A model generated the notes under the pieces. That model had not been told where the DNA came from. It was given only the letters and a program-made list of their open reading frames with translations, and did not search any database. From the human T2T-CHM13v2.0 reference genome, Homo sapiens: a stretch of 64,000 nt of DNA. Numbering within the stretch: the stretch's first letter is position 1; each line of letters begins with the position of its first letter. The stretch is from NCBI RefSeq assembly GCF_009914755.1, contig NC_060928.1; one strand, given 5' to 3'. A program made the translations under genes and the position numbers. Below, one piece after another: positions 1-14,457 of the stretch.

Positions 1-2888
<2,888 letters not shown>

Positions 2889-3644
2889 GACTACCAAGGA
2901 ATTAGGGGAAGGAGGAAAATTGGAGAAAGGGTTAAAGAATAAAAACAATGAAAGCATTAAATGTGCAATTAAAATAGAATCTATGGTATGAATTAAGGAA
3001 GGAACAAATAAAGACAACTTAATAAACACTACAAGACCTTTACTTGTCAAATTTTAGAAAAAAACATACTTAGAAAAATTTTTATTAAAGTCTCATAATT
3101 AGTAAATAACTGTGTAGGAAAATGAAAATGGCTATACATACTTATAAATCAGGAAAAGCTTAGAGCACAGTATTGTTGTCAATTCTTATCTTTAGTTGGT
3201 ATAAAAAATTTAAAAAGAAAATATGAAAATATAAAAGGTTTTACAGATGTTGTCATTTCCCTCACATATATATTAGGACTCATATATAATTATTCTCGAG
3301 ACCATGAAGTGAATTAAGGAGTTGTGTTCTGGTAAAACAGATCCTGACAAATTCAAAGTTATAGGTATATGGGACCATAGAATGTATAGTATGGTTTCCT
3401 TTTCTGCATATATTCAAAATTTCCTTTATAGATTTTTCTTTTAATCCCCATGTCCCTGGTTTACAGATTTCAAGATATATTACACCAATGGGAAGGGATT
3501 AGCATACTGCCTGGCATTCAATGAGCATAGAAGTAATCATCCATATTATTGTGTCTGATTTAAAAATTGCCTTTGATAAGATGGACAAAATTACTTAAGA
3601 TTAAGTTCATCTATGTTATTAAGAGGACCTTTTACCTCTCCATG

Positions 3645-4195
3645 AAAGAGAGAAAGAAAGAAGGAGAGTAAAAAGAAAGAAAGAACAAAAGAACGAAAGA
3701 AAGAAAGGAAGGAAGGAAAAAGAAAAAAGAGAAAGAAAGGAAGGATGGAGGGAAGGGAAGGGAAGGGAGAAGGAAGGAGAGAGAGAGAGAGAAAGAAAGG
3801 AAGGAAGGAAGGATGGAAGGAAAGAAGGAAAAAAAAAGGAAGGATGGAGGGAAGGGAGAAGGAAGGAGAGAAAGAAAGAAAGAGAGAAGGAAAGAGAGAG
3901 AAAGAAGAGAGAGAAGGAAGGAGAGAAAGAGAAAGAGAGAAGGAAAGAGAAAGAAGAGAGAGAAGGAAGGAAGAAAAGGAAGGAGAAAGAAGGACGGAAG
4001 GAAGGAAGGAAAGGACGGAGAAGAAAGGAAGGAATGAAGGAGAAAATAAGGAAGGAAAGAAAAAAGGAAGAAATGAAGGAAGGAAAGAGAGAAAAAAGGA
4101 AGGAAAGAAGGAAAGATGGAAGGAAGGAGCGAGAGAGAGAGAGGAAGGAAGGAAGGAAAAAAGAAAGGAGGACAAAAAAAGAAAGAAAAAACGAA
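3645..4195. repeat. ~550-bp polypurine (GAAA/GGAA/GA) low-complexity tract
   Basis: Almost only A and G on the + strand, with mixed GAAA, GGAA, GGGAA and GA units. Confidence 0.97.
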
Positions 4196-4569
4196 CAAAC
4201 AGATTTGGGCAGAGGCTTAAATTAGGGTTTCCTTGAGCTCTCCAGAGCTCCAGTTATTTTGAGTAAATCTACTTCCCCTTTGCATACCCACACCACCCAC
4301 TCACCAGATTATTGTCTCCATCATGACTAAAAACTGCCTATGCAACCAGTTCCCCAAAATAGATTGTGTTGTAATGGAGGTTTCCCTGACCCAATCAATC
4401 ATTCAGGCACCACCAGTAGGTAAAGCCTCCAGGTTGTACATCATCACCAGGGCTTGCCTCCATCAGTCTGGTCTGATCCAAAAATCACCATCCCCAACCA
4501 AGCGATGTACTGTACCTTCTGGAATTTCCAGCCTGATCTAAGCAAGATTCTACAGTTTTCAATATTTTA

Positions 4570-4990
4570 AAGAATATTTTTGTTTCACTTGCAATTGATT
4601 GTTTCCATCTGTAGCATATTCTTTGCTAACTGGGTTAACAAATATAGGCATATTTTTCTCACATAATCTGAAGTCCACATATAGGCAGTTCCTAGCTTTG
4701 GTTCGGTCTCTGTTCAGGCTCTGCAATTCTCAGAATGTTGGTTTGTTGTCTTCATAATTTTGCCTTGCCTCTTAGTCATAAGAAGGCTGATGTATCTCAA
4801 ATCATCTGGCCATATTTGAATCTGATAAGATTTTAAAAAATGGAATTTGTCCTGTTGTGTCTGCTGCTTGAGCAAGAAAACAAAAGCTCTCCAATGACTC
4901 ATTCTTACCACTTACTGGTTAAATACAGGTTGTGTGACCTCCTGTAGTTGTAAGAGATACTGTTTTAATTATGGAAAATGGGCTTCCTGA
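4570..4990 (-). mobile_element. Old MaLR LTR (MLT1J/K/L-like)
   Basis: tttttctcacataatctgaagtccacatataggcagttcc and cttactggttaaatacaggttgtgtgacctcctgtagttgtaagag resemble antisense MLT1 blocks. Boundaries are approximate. Confidence 0.55.
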
Positions 4991-5265
4991 GAAAGAGAAA
5001 GGCAGCCTGTGTCATTCAAAGCTAGCCCGCTACTATCGGCTATGCTTTGGTGGTGACAGAAGCTGGCCTGCTGCTCACAGTGAGGCCTTGGTGTTTTCTG
5101 TTGAACATAAGGACTTTTTTGGAATATTAGTGGAATATTAACATCAGACAAGGCAAATCTGCAACTGTGATTAATCAATGAAAAACAAGTTAGTAACATA
5201 AACTTGTATGATCACAGTATAAAATATATTTTTCTAACCACAAAAATGTCTAAATGTCTGCTGAT

Positions 5266-5546
5266 TTTTTGAAACAGAGTCTCACTTTGTTGCCTAAGCT
5301 AGAGTGCAGCGTCGTGATCAAGGCTCACTGCAGCCTCAACATCCTGATCCCCAGTGTTCCTCCCACCTCAACCTCCCAAGTAGCTGGGACCACAGGTATG
5401 TGCCACCACAATGAGCTAATTTTTATTTTTGTAGAGTCCTAGAGAAGTCTCCCTATGTTGGCTGGTCTCTAACTTCTGGGCTCAAATGAAACCCCCACTT
5501 CAGCCTCCCAAAGTGTTGGGATTAAAGGCATGAACGGCATCTGGCC
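5266..5546 (-). mobile_element. Alu, AluJ-type
   Basis: Antisense dimeric Alu with gctcactgcagcctcaac and ttctgggctcaa (J-type); heavily diverged. Confidence 0.9.
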
Positions 5547-5559
5547 CCCTTATCTTAAC

Positions 5560-5815
5560 TAATAGGAACAACTGCCTCTTCTTTAACAGTTACTAGTTTA
5601 TCCTTGGCCTAGTCTTTCCTTCTTATAGGTAAGATGAATTAAAATGATCATAGATTGCCCCCTGCCTCTTGATAGCATCCCATCTAGAGCAAAGCCTTGC
5701 TACCCAAAGTCCATTTCAATCTCAACCAAAGTCCAAAAATATAATAATTCCTTTGTAACATCTTACTAAAATGCCCCACATTTCCCCATGGTGTGTGTCT
5801 CACCTCCTCACAATG
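5560..5815 (+). mobile_element. ERV1-class LTR fragment (MER67-like, tentative)
   Basis: gatagcatcccatctagagcaaagcc...ttccccatggtgtgtgtctc resembles MER67-group LTRs from memory. Confidence 0.4.
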
Positions 5816-6149
5816 TGTTGGTCAAGTACAAGTGTGCTCCCAGGGGTCTTTACCTGGAAAGCAGTGGTGAATACCTCCACTCTTTGACTTCTCTAGTTCC
5901 AATAGCCTGTTGCTCCAAGTCACTCAGTCAGAAACTCCCATTGTTATATTCTAAGCTTCGTGATTGTCAGTAGCTGTAGAACTATAAAAAAATCTCAGTT
6001 TCAAGCATCCCACTTTAATCAACACTTACCTTTTTCCAACACTTTCTAATTTGTCTTTTTTTAGTGCCTACATTCCAAAAATATTTTTACTTCCTTAAAG
6101 TCTGTAATGAATTGACTTGACCCATTTTTTTCTATCTCATTAGCCATTT

Positions 6150-7310
6150 CTGTGCTGATCTTTTCTAGATATTATTCATGCTTGGTCCATTTTGTACTCT
6201 TCATTGCCCTTGGCCATTTATACATTTATACACAGTCCTTGCTCCAATTTTTCTATTAAACATATTTCATATAACTGCAACCTTGATAGAAACTAAATTC
6301 TCTATCTGTTCTGTTCCTTTCCTGGAAGAGCAGAATGTGCACATACATGAAAGATAACTGATCCATTCATCCATATAAAAAATAACTTTTCTGACTTAAA
6401 TATGTATCTACAAAATTTGTGTTTCATACTTTCTTACTCTCCCCCAAAAATATTTCACATGTCTTTGTCTCTTTTGAACATCCCATACATATTCTATCTT
6501 CCTATCCTCAGCTGATAATTTCCTTCTATTCTGCAAGGGACTGAATATTTATGCCCGCCCCGCATCGTGGCTCCCACCAAATTTAGATGTTGAAATTGTA
6601 ACCTCCCAATGTGATAGCATTACAAGATGGTGCCTTTAAAGGATAATTAGGTCATGAAGGTAGAGCCCTCATGAATGAGATTAGTGCCCTTATAAAAGGA
6701 ACCCAACTTCTTTTTGCCAGGTGAGAATACAGTCCTGTTGTGCAACCCCAAAGAGGGCTCTCACTGGAATCAAACCAGGCTGGCACCCTGATCACCCTGA
6801 TCATGGGACTACGGCCTCCAGAACTGTGAGAAATACATTTTTGTTGTTTGAAAGTGACTCAGACTGTGGCAGTTACAGCAACCTGAATTAGTGAAGTACT
6901 ATTCCAATGAGATAATTTGAAGCATTTGGAAGAGTCTAATTTTCCGGGCATCAAATTTAGCAATGAAACTGTACCTTTACCATATATTCTATAGTCCATT
7001 CTGATGTCACAAGTTTTTATTTTTATTCAAAGCCCCCTCTTTAGAGCTGTATCCTGGGTCATTATTTTTTTCATCTTTTCTCAAATACTTTTTTCCGGAA
7101 ATTACGTCTTCTCCCTCTGGTATAATTGTCTTTTTATTTAATCATCCCATCAGATTAAATACATGTTGTAATATCTTCCATCTTTAAAAAAAAATTTCTC
7201 TGATCACACATGCCACTATTTATCCAATGTCATTCCTTTTTATAGCAAGTATCCTTGCAAGTGTTGTTTTTATTTGCTGTTTCAATATTTTACTTCTGAC
7301 TCTCCATTAA
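6150..7310 (+). mobile_element. LINE-2 fragment interrupted by an MLT1A-type LTR
   Basis: cctcagctgataatttccttctattc|caatgagataatttgaagcatttggaagag rejoins into an L2-like ORF2 segment across the LTR. Outer limits are approximate. Confidence 0.5.
6532..6899 (+). mobile_element. MaLR solo LTR (MLT1A/MSTD-like)
   Basis: atgaatgagattagtgcccttataaaag and cctccagaactgtgagaaata blocks; 5-bp TSD TATTC at 6527-6531 and 6900-6904. Confidence 0.85.
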
Positions 7311-7736
7311 AACATTTTATTATGAAATACGTTATATAATCAAAATGACAATACATACACTATTTCAAGAAATTGAAGATGACCTTAATTGTAGGACGTA
7401 TCACTGTTTTATCTATCAATAAGAGAGCATCAACAGTAGCAGATACAACTATAATAACAACATGGATTGGCAGATACATTGCAATGGTGATAATGTGAAA
7501 AATGAACATTTTAGAAATGCAGTACCATATTATTTTTATTAATATAGTAGAAGAATTTAGCAAATAATATTCTTGTGCACATATAATAATAAAAAGAAGG
7601 ACTCTGGTTTGGGGTTATACTGCTGACTCCTTTCAAGTCCCTACCCCTTCTCTTTACTTTATGCTTCACATCTGGGCAATCTGTGGTGGAAGGTGGCACA
7701 GGCTCTTAATTCCAATCAAACTAGGCCAACCTCAGC

Positions 7737-8285
7737 TGTAGGGGGCAAGCTCCACTATGGTATTCTGGTCATTTTGCACATATCTAAATAGGCCACGTGG
7801 GCATAGGCTTGACCCGCACCTAGTCTGAGTTTTCACTGGAGCATGGTGTTATCTGATCTCCCTGGGACATGAGTGGGATCCTTGTAAGAAGCTGTTCTGA
7901 GATAATCTCCCACTCGCCTCTTTGTCTTACTTGGGAGGCTGGGGGAAGGCAGTATTTCTGAATCTATCAGTTTCTGAGGTATGGGAATATTGGCCTTGCT
8001 TTCCCCCTCAGAGTAGAGCTATAAAATTTAGACTCCTCAGTAATGAGATATTCTACTACTCATGTTGTAATTAAGCACTTGTTGTGATGCCAGCCTTCTT
8101 GGTATGTGGGACCAGGATCACAGGGTTCCATCATTTTTTCCCTTGTTCTTTTTTTGCTATCTATGCACATAATAAACTATGCTAATGTAGATATTACTGA
8201 GGCGATGCATCAGTCCTTGGCTTTTCCTGTCTTCTGCATCTGTAAGCTTGACACCAGCCTCACCAGCTCCACCTTCTGACCAACA
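7737..8285 (+). mobile_element. Old ERVL-type LTR-like sequence, family uncertain
   Basis: Starts TGT and ends near ...ccaaca. Internal TATA-like ctataaaa (~8019) and AATAAA (8171) are in LTR-like order. Confidence 0.4.
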
Positions 8286-8356
8286 TAAAAGCCCAATACC
8301 ACCTGCATCCTCTTGCTTTTCTTTCACTTTAGACTTAATGTGGGCCCTTCTACTTC

Positions 8357-8868
8357 TGTCAAAGACAAAATTAAAACAAATTTAGTTTAAAGATCTCAGT
8401 CAGCATTATTGTAAATTGGGCAACGCTCCATTCTATGAAATAAAATAAGTGTTCCAATGAGCTGCGTGGAGGGGGGTGGTTTTATGAAAAAAGTAGCCAA
8501 AGAAAGCAGAAACAAAGATCAAAGTGCAGATTGGTCATTTCAAAACTTATTTTCCTTGGAAGGTGGGGTCAGGGACACAGAATAATAGAAAAATAACTGG
8601 TTACCATCAGGTCACTTCAGGTTTCATTTTGTTGTAAGGATTAAAATGAAGGAAATTTTGTTATGCCAATCGAAACTGGCCTGCTTAGGAAACTAGGAAG
8701 TTTTCTCTCTCTCCTGATCTCCTGGAAGGCCAGACTACAACTCAGTTTCAGTTTGGTGATGTGGAGCCACAGCATGAGTGACTTTATTTTGATTTTTAGT
8801 GTAGCCTATTGGGGCTTAGTGGAGGAGCTTAGTCTGCAACAATGACGTCTTACAATTTTTATTCAACA
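8357..8868 (-). mobile_element. ERV1-class solo LTR (LTR54/MER57-group-like)
   Basis: TG...CA termini with 4-bp flanks cttc/cctc; tgtcaaagacaaaattaaaacaaatttagtttaaagatc and gattggtcatttcaaa resemble this group. Confidence 0.6.
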
Positions 8869-9025
8869 CCTCAAATCTATTAATGCCCATGTATCATTCA
8901 TCTTAAGATTCATAAATTTCCAGGCAGTAGGGGATGCCTGGAATTTCCTAGCAGGGAATGGTAGGACCTCAAATAGCACAGCAGGTATACTTCTGTAGAG
9001 CATGATTGTTATTTTTAAAAATATA

Positions 9026-9097
9026 GCTGGGAGCTGTGATCATGCCACTGCACTCCTGTGTAATAGAGTGAGGACCAGTCTCAAAAAAAAAAAAAAG
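9026..9097 (+). mobile_element. Alu 3'-terminal fragment (old, J/FRAM-like)
   Basis: gagctgtgatcatgccactgcactcc...agagtgaggaccagtctc followed by an A-run. Confidence 0.8.
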
Positions 9098-9384
9098 ACT
9101 AAAGAAAAGAAATAGAACTGGGAATGTTATTATTTTGTCATAGTGAATGCTTGTTAAAATATAACTAACCACTAGTAGGTAGTTTGTGTGAATTCCCATT
9201 ATTCTATATCTTTTTTCAAGCTTTGGAAGAGTCTTCTTTCTTTTGATTTTAAAATGCTTAAACATATTCTTGATATTCTCTCCTGGACATTATAAAGTAT
9301 TATTTTTCATATTTAAATTATTATTTATACTAGAATTGTATAATTAGTGAAAACAATATTTCGTGGTATATAAATGCATCCAAT

Positions 9385-9545
9385 TTTTTTGACACTGATA
9401 CCCAATTATTCCAATAAAATCTATTAATACTCTTCTTGCTTTGCTGATCCATAATGCCATCTTTGTAATGACATATGCCTTTTCTTTCGTATCTGATTGA
9501 GTTTCTTTCTGGGACCAAAATTCTGTTCCACTGGTTTATTTCATT
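9385..9545 (-). mobile_element. Ancient L1M ORF2 fragment
   Basis: Minus-strand translation NQWNRI...NRFYWNNWVS resembles L1 ORF2p DQWNRIE...NKWCWENW. Confidence 0.5.
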
Positions 9546-9944
9546 ATTCAATATACTAAGGGGGTATTAAATTACTTAGCAAAAGTTTATTTAAAACAAA
9601 TTTATTTAAAACAAAATCACCACATTTGAATAAGTACTATCTCTAGTCTCATTATTGGTCATAAACATTTTTAATTTTGTTTTTGTTTTTCCCCCTGCCA
9701 TAAACACAGCCTCCACATACCAGTATACCCATGTGTATGCATATATAAATATTTATACAATTGAGAAAATTGTATATATTGTACTGTGTTGAATAATTTA
9801 CTTTTTATCAAAATAACATTTAAAAATATTGAATGTATTTGTTAACCATTTGTAAATTTAGAAGAAATATTTTTAAAAAATATTTCACCAGCAAAAATGA
9901 ACTTATTATGAAAGAAAGGGATATAAACCTAGAGAGAGAATGAC

Positions 9945-10479
9945 TGTGGTGTGGCAGATGGTGTAGATCCCCATCACCTATCTTCTTGGCCAACCTCTCC
10001 TTTCAGCTCCGCCTTCTTTTTATCTTCTTTTTAGCTGTGAGAGATCATACTGACTTTGATAGCTCCATGCCCCAAGTACCTGACCCTCTATTTCTCTCCC
10101 TGAGAGCTTTAACTATGTATCCCAAGCTTGCTCAATAAAAGACAACTGCAACCAAGAAATGTGAGAAAACTGACACTTCCCAAGAGCAAACTCTAAAGCC
10201 ATGGGGGCTCAAAGCCAGCCAAATAATGTCCCAACCTCTCTATATTCTGGTGGACAATTCTGGGAGGTGTTCTATATCACATCTTAGAGGCAGTCAATGA
10301 GATTAACCCTCAGTTGCCCACAGTGAAAACTTACTTCTTCAGGCAATTTTCATTGTCTTTAAAATGTCTCGTTTTTACTCTCTTCATACTCTCAATTGTG
10401 AGTCCTGGCATCATGTACTAACACCCTTCTCTTAGTTCTTATTTTAGAATCTGCTTTTGTGGGAATTAAAATTAGGACA
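9945..10479 (+). mobile_element. ERVL solo LTR (LTR16-like)
   Basis: ggacaattctgggagg, cagttgcccacagtg and the end atctgcttttgtgggaattaaaattaggaca match LTR16-family architecture. Confidence 0.65.
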
Positions 10480-10824
10480 CATGCCATCATAAAATGTACA
10501 ATAGCTTCAAAGAAATAATATAGTCAGGTGTATATCAGATGTAATAAGACAGATTTATTAACAAATAGTTCATTAGAGAAGATAAATATGATAACATAAC
10601 TAGTTCATTCATAAATAATACAGCTAAAATGGGAATTTTTACTAAAAGAGGGAGCAGAGATTCTGACTATATATACACATGCATATGTGTGTACACACAC
10701 ATCTTTCACTTAGTGTGTATACATATATACACAATATGCATGTGTATACACATACACACATAAAAATGAAGAGTATCTATATAAGTATTATATATCCTTA
10801 ATGAGAAAAAGCTTGTTGATTTTG

Positions 10825-11165
10825 TATAAAGTTTTAGTTGTGCAAGATGAATAAGTTCTAGAGATCTACTGTACAACACAGTACTTATACTTAACAATAC
10901 TGAATCATGCACTTAGAAAATTTGTTAACAGCCCTGTTAACACCAGCCCTGTTAACTCTCCCTTTTTGTGGTTAGTGTTTTTACCACTAATAGGAATAAA
11001 GGCCCAACAAACCTTTGGAGATGATGGATACATTTATTATCTTGGTTGTGGTGATGGTCTCATGGTTATATGCATATGTCCAAACTCATTAACATGTATA
11101 CATTGAATATGTGCAGTGTTTTGTATCAATTATACTTCTGCTATAATAAAACTGTTGAAAAGAAA
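10825..11165 (+). mobile_element. L1MB-type 3' end
   Basis: gcaagatgaataagttctagagatctactgtacaac...atgtccaaactcattaacatgtatacatt...aataaa. Confidence 0.8.
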
Positions 11166-11269
11166 CAAATTGAAAGGTTAAATTATTACAAACCTAAAAA
11201 TACAAAATGCCATATAAATAAGAATAAAAAATTTAAAAGTTAATGTACTACAAAGAATTTTCTTCATTC

Positions 11270-11921
11270 ATAGACTTTATTTTTAGAACTGTTTTAGGTT
11301 TACAGAAAAATAAGCAGAATACATTACATAGCATTTTCATACTGGTTTCTTTAACTTAACAATACATATTTAAGGTTCCTCTATGTCTTTTTATGTTTTT
11401 AGAGTTGATTGCTTTTTATCTTTGGGTAATATTCTACTGTATGGATATATCACAGATTGTTTAGCCATTCACCTATTGAAAGATGTCCTGGTTGCTCCCA
11501 GATTCTGGCAATTATGTATAAAGCTTCTACAAATGTTTGTATGCATGTTTTTATTTTGACATTAGTTTTCAACTTACCAAATTTTCAATTTGGGTAAACA
11601 GGAAGAAACATGATTGCTGGGTTCAATTAGTAAGAACAGGTTTAGATTTATAAGAAATAACCAACCTGTATTCCAAAGTGGCTGTATCATTTTGCATTCC
11701 CAGTGGTAGCAAATGAGAGTTCCTGTTACCGTACATCTTCGCCAGCATTTGCTGTTGATAGTATTTTGGATTTTAACATTTCTAAACATATGTAGTGGAA
11801 TCTCATTTTTGTTTAAATTTGCAATTTCCTATAACATAAGAAGTTGAACATCTTTTTGTATGTTTATTTTTTATCCTTACATCTTCTTTAGCAAGATATA
11901 TGTTCAGCTCATTTTTAATTA
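11270..11921 (-). mobile_element. L1MC/MD-type 3' region
   Basis: tttatttttagaactgttttaggtttacagaaaaat and ttccaaagtggctgtatcattttgcattcccag; ORF 11574-11789 is ORF2 C-terminal-like (KCWRRCTVTGTL...WECKMIQPLW). Confidence 0.75.
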
Positions 11922-12650
11922 GTTTTTTTTGTACTTTTTAATTTTAAGTTCAGGAGTACATGTGCAGGACGTGCAGGTTTGTTACATAGGAAAATGTGTT
12001 CCATGGTGATTTGCTGCGCAAATCATCCTATCACCTAGGTATTAAACCCAGCATCTTTTAGCTATTCTTCCTGATGTTCTCCCTCCTCTCCCCGCTGACC
12101 CTCTGACAGGCTCCAGTGTGTGTTGTCCCCCACATTATGTGTCCATGTGCTTTCATCATTCAGCTCCCACTTATAAGTGAGAGCATGTAGCATTTGGTTT
12201 TCTGTTCCTGTGTTAGTTTGCTAAGGATAATGGCTTCCAGCTCCATCCATATTCCTGCAAAGGACATGATCTTGTTCCTTTTTATGACTGCATAGTATTC
12301 CATCGTGTATATGTACCCCATTTTCTTTATCCTGTCTATCATTGAAGGGCATTTAAGTTGGTTAAATGTCTTTGCTACTGTAAATAGTGCTTCAGTGAAC
12401 ATAAATGTGCATTTATCTTTATAATATTTTATGCTCCTTTGGGTATAGCAAGTAATGGGATTGCTGGGTCAAATGGTATTTCTGCCTCTAGGTCTTTGAG
12501 GAATCACCACACTGTCTTCCACAATAGTTGAAGTAATTTACAACTCCTACCAACAGTGTAAAAGCATTCCTTTTTCTCCACAACCTTGCCAGTATCTGTT
12601 CTTTTCTGACTTTTTAATATTATCCATTCTGACTGGTTTGAGATGGTATC

Positions 12651-13033
12651 TGTATGAGTCCATTCTCACATTGATATAAAGAACTACCTGAGACCAGGTA
12701 ATTTATAAAGAAAAGGGGTTTAATTTATTTATAGTTTGACATGGCTGGGAGGCCTCAGCAAATTTACAGTCATGGTGGAAGGGAAAGCAGGCACATCTTA
12801 CATGGCCGCAGGTGAGAGAGAAGTGAGTACACAGGAAAAAAACTGCTACTTTTAAATCCATCAGATCTCATGAGAATTCACCCACTATCGCAAGAACAGC
12901 ATGGGGAAAACAGCTCCCATGATCCAATCACCCCCCTTCCTCTACAAGGGGAAATTACAGGTCCCTCCCTTGACATGTGGGAATTACAATTTGACATGAG
13001 ATTTGAGTGGGGACACAGAGACAAACCATATTC
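12651..13033 (-). mobile_element. MaLR solo LTR (THE1D/MSTA-like) inserted in L1 ORF2
   Basis: tgtatgagtccattctcac...gggacacagagacaaaccata interrupts the L1 sequence gagatggtatc|tcattgtgg; 5-bp flanks gtatc (12646-12650) and ctatc (13034-13038). Confidence 0.9.
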
Positions 13034-13826
13034 CTATCTCATTGTGGTTTTAATTTGCATTGCTCTAATGACCAGTGATTTTGTTGGGCTTTTTTTCATA
13101 TGTTTGTTGTCTGCATGTATGTCTTCTTTTGAGAAGTGTCTGTTCATGTCTTTTGTCTAATTTTTAATGGTTTTTTTTTTGCAAATTTGTGTAACTTCCT
13201 TGTAGATGCTAGATATTAGACCTTTTTCAGATGGATAGATTGCAAAAATTTTCTCTCATTCTGTAGGTTGTCTATTCACTCTGCTGATAGTTTATTGTGC
13301 TGTGCAAAATTTTTTTAGTTTAATTAGATCCCATTCATCAATTTTTGCTTTTGTTGAAATTGCATATGGTGTCTTCAACCTGAAATCTTTGCGGGTGCCT
13401 ATGTCCTAAATGGTATCGACTAGATAGTCTTCTAGGGTTTTATATTTAATTATTTAATCCATCTTGAGTTGATTTTTGTATACAGTGTAAGGAAGGGGTC
13501 CAGTTTCAATCTTCTGTTTATGGCTAGCCAGTTCTCCCAGCACCATTTATCGAATAGGGGATCATTTCCCCACTGCTTGTTTTTGTCAGGTTCGTGGAAG
13601 ATCAGATGATTGTAGGTGTGCAGTCTTATGGCTTGGTTCTCTATTCTGTTCCGTTGGTCTACGTGTCTGTTCTTGTACCAGTACCATGTTGTTTTGGTTA
13701 CTGCAGGTTTGTAGTATAATTTGAGGTTGGGTAGCATGATGCCTCCAGCTTTGTTCTTTTTCCTTAGGATTGTCTTGGCTATTTGGGCTCTTTTTTTGGT
13801 TCCATATAAATTTTAAAATAGTTTTA

Positions 13827-13931
<105 letters not shown>

Positions 13932-13962
13932 TCAACATGGCCATTTTCACAATGTTGATTCT

Positions 13963-14457
13963 TCATGCTGCTATAAAGATACATGCACACGTATGTTTAT
14001 TGTGGCACTATTCACAATAGCAAAGACTTGGAACCAACCCAAATGTCCATCAATGATAGACTGGATTAAGAAAATGTGGCACATATACACCATGGAATAC
14101 TATGCAGCCACAAAAAAAGGATGAGTTCATGTCCTTTGTAGGGACATGGATGAAGCTGGAAACCATCATTCTCAGCAAACTATCGCAAGGACAAAAAACC
14201 AAACACCGCATGTTCTCACTCATAGGTGGGAATTGAACAATGAAAACACTTGGACACAGGAAGGGGAACATCACACACTGGGGCCTGTTGTGGGGTGAGG
14301 GGAGGGGGGAGGGATAGTATAAGAGATGTACCTAATGTAAATGATGAGTTAATGGGTGCAGCACACCAACATGGCACATGTATACCTATGTAACAAACCT
14401 GCACGTTGCGCACATGTACCCTAGAACTTAAAGTATAATTAAAAAAAGAAAAAAAAA
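13963..14457 (+). mobile_element. 5'-truncated L1 (L1PA5-like) nested antisense within the older L1
   Basis: Sense L1 3' end with A-tail; TSD ttgattctt at 13955-13963 and 14458-14466; the host L1 resumes in register afterwards. Confidence 0.93.

Noticed and set aside
3591-4236. Overlapping 160-190 aa ORFs rich in F/L/S/P or E/R/K/G
   Set aside because: Artefacts of the stop-free polypurine tract.
9586-9615. Small tandem duplications (tttatttaaaacaaa x2; also 6784-6802 and 10929-10956)
   Set aside because: Ordinary slippage duplications with no array structure; not CRISPR-like.
14292-14313. G-quadruplex-forming run
   Set aside because: Standard G-rich tract of the L1 3'UTR.
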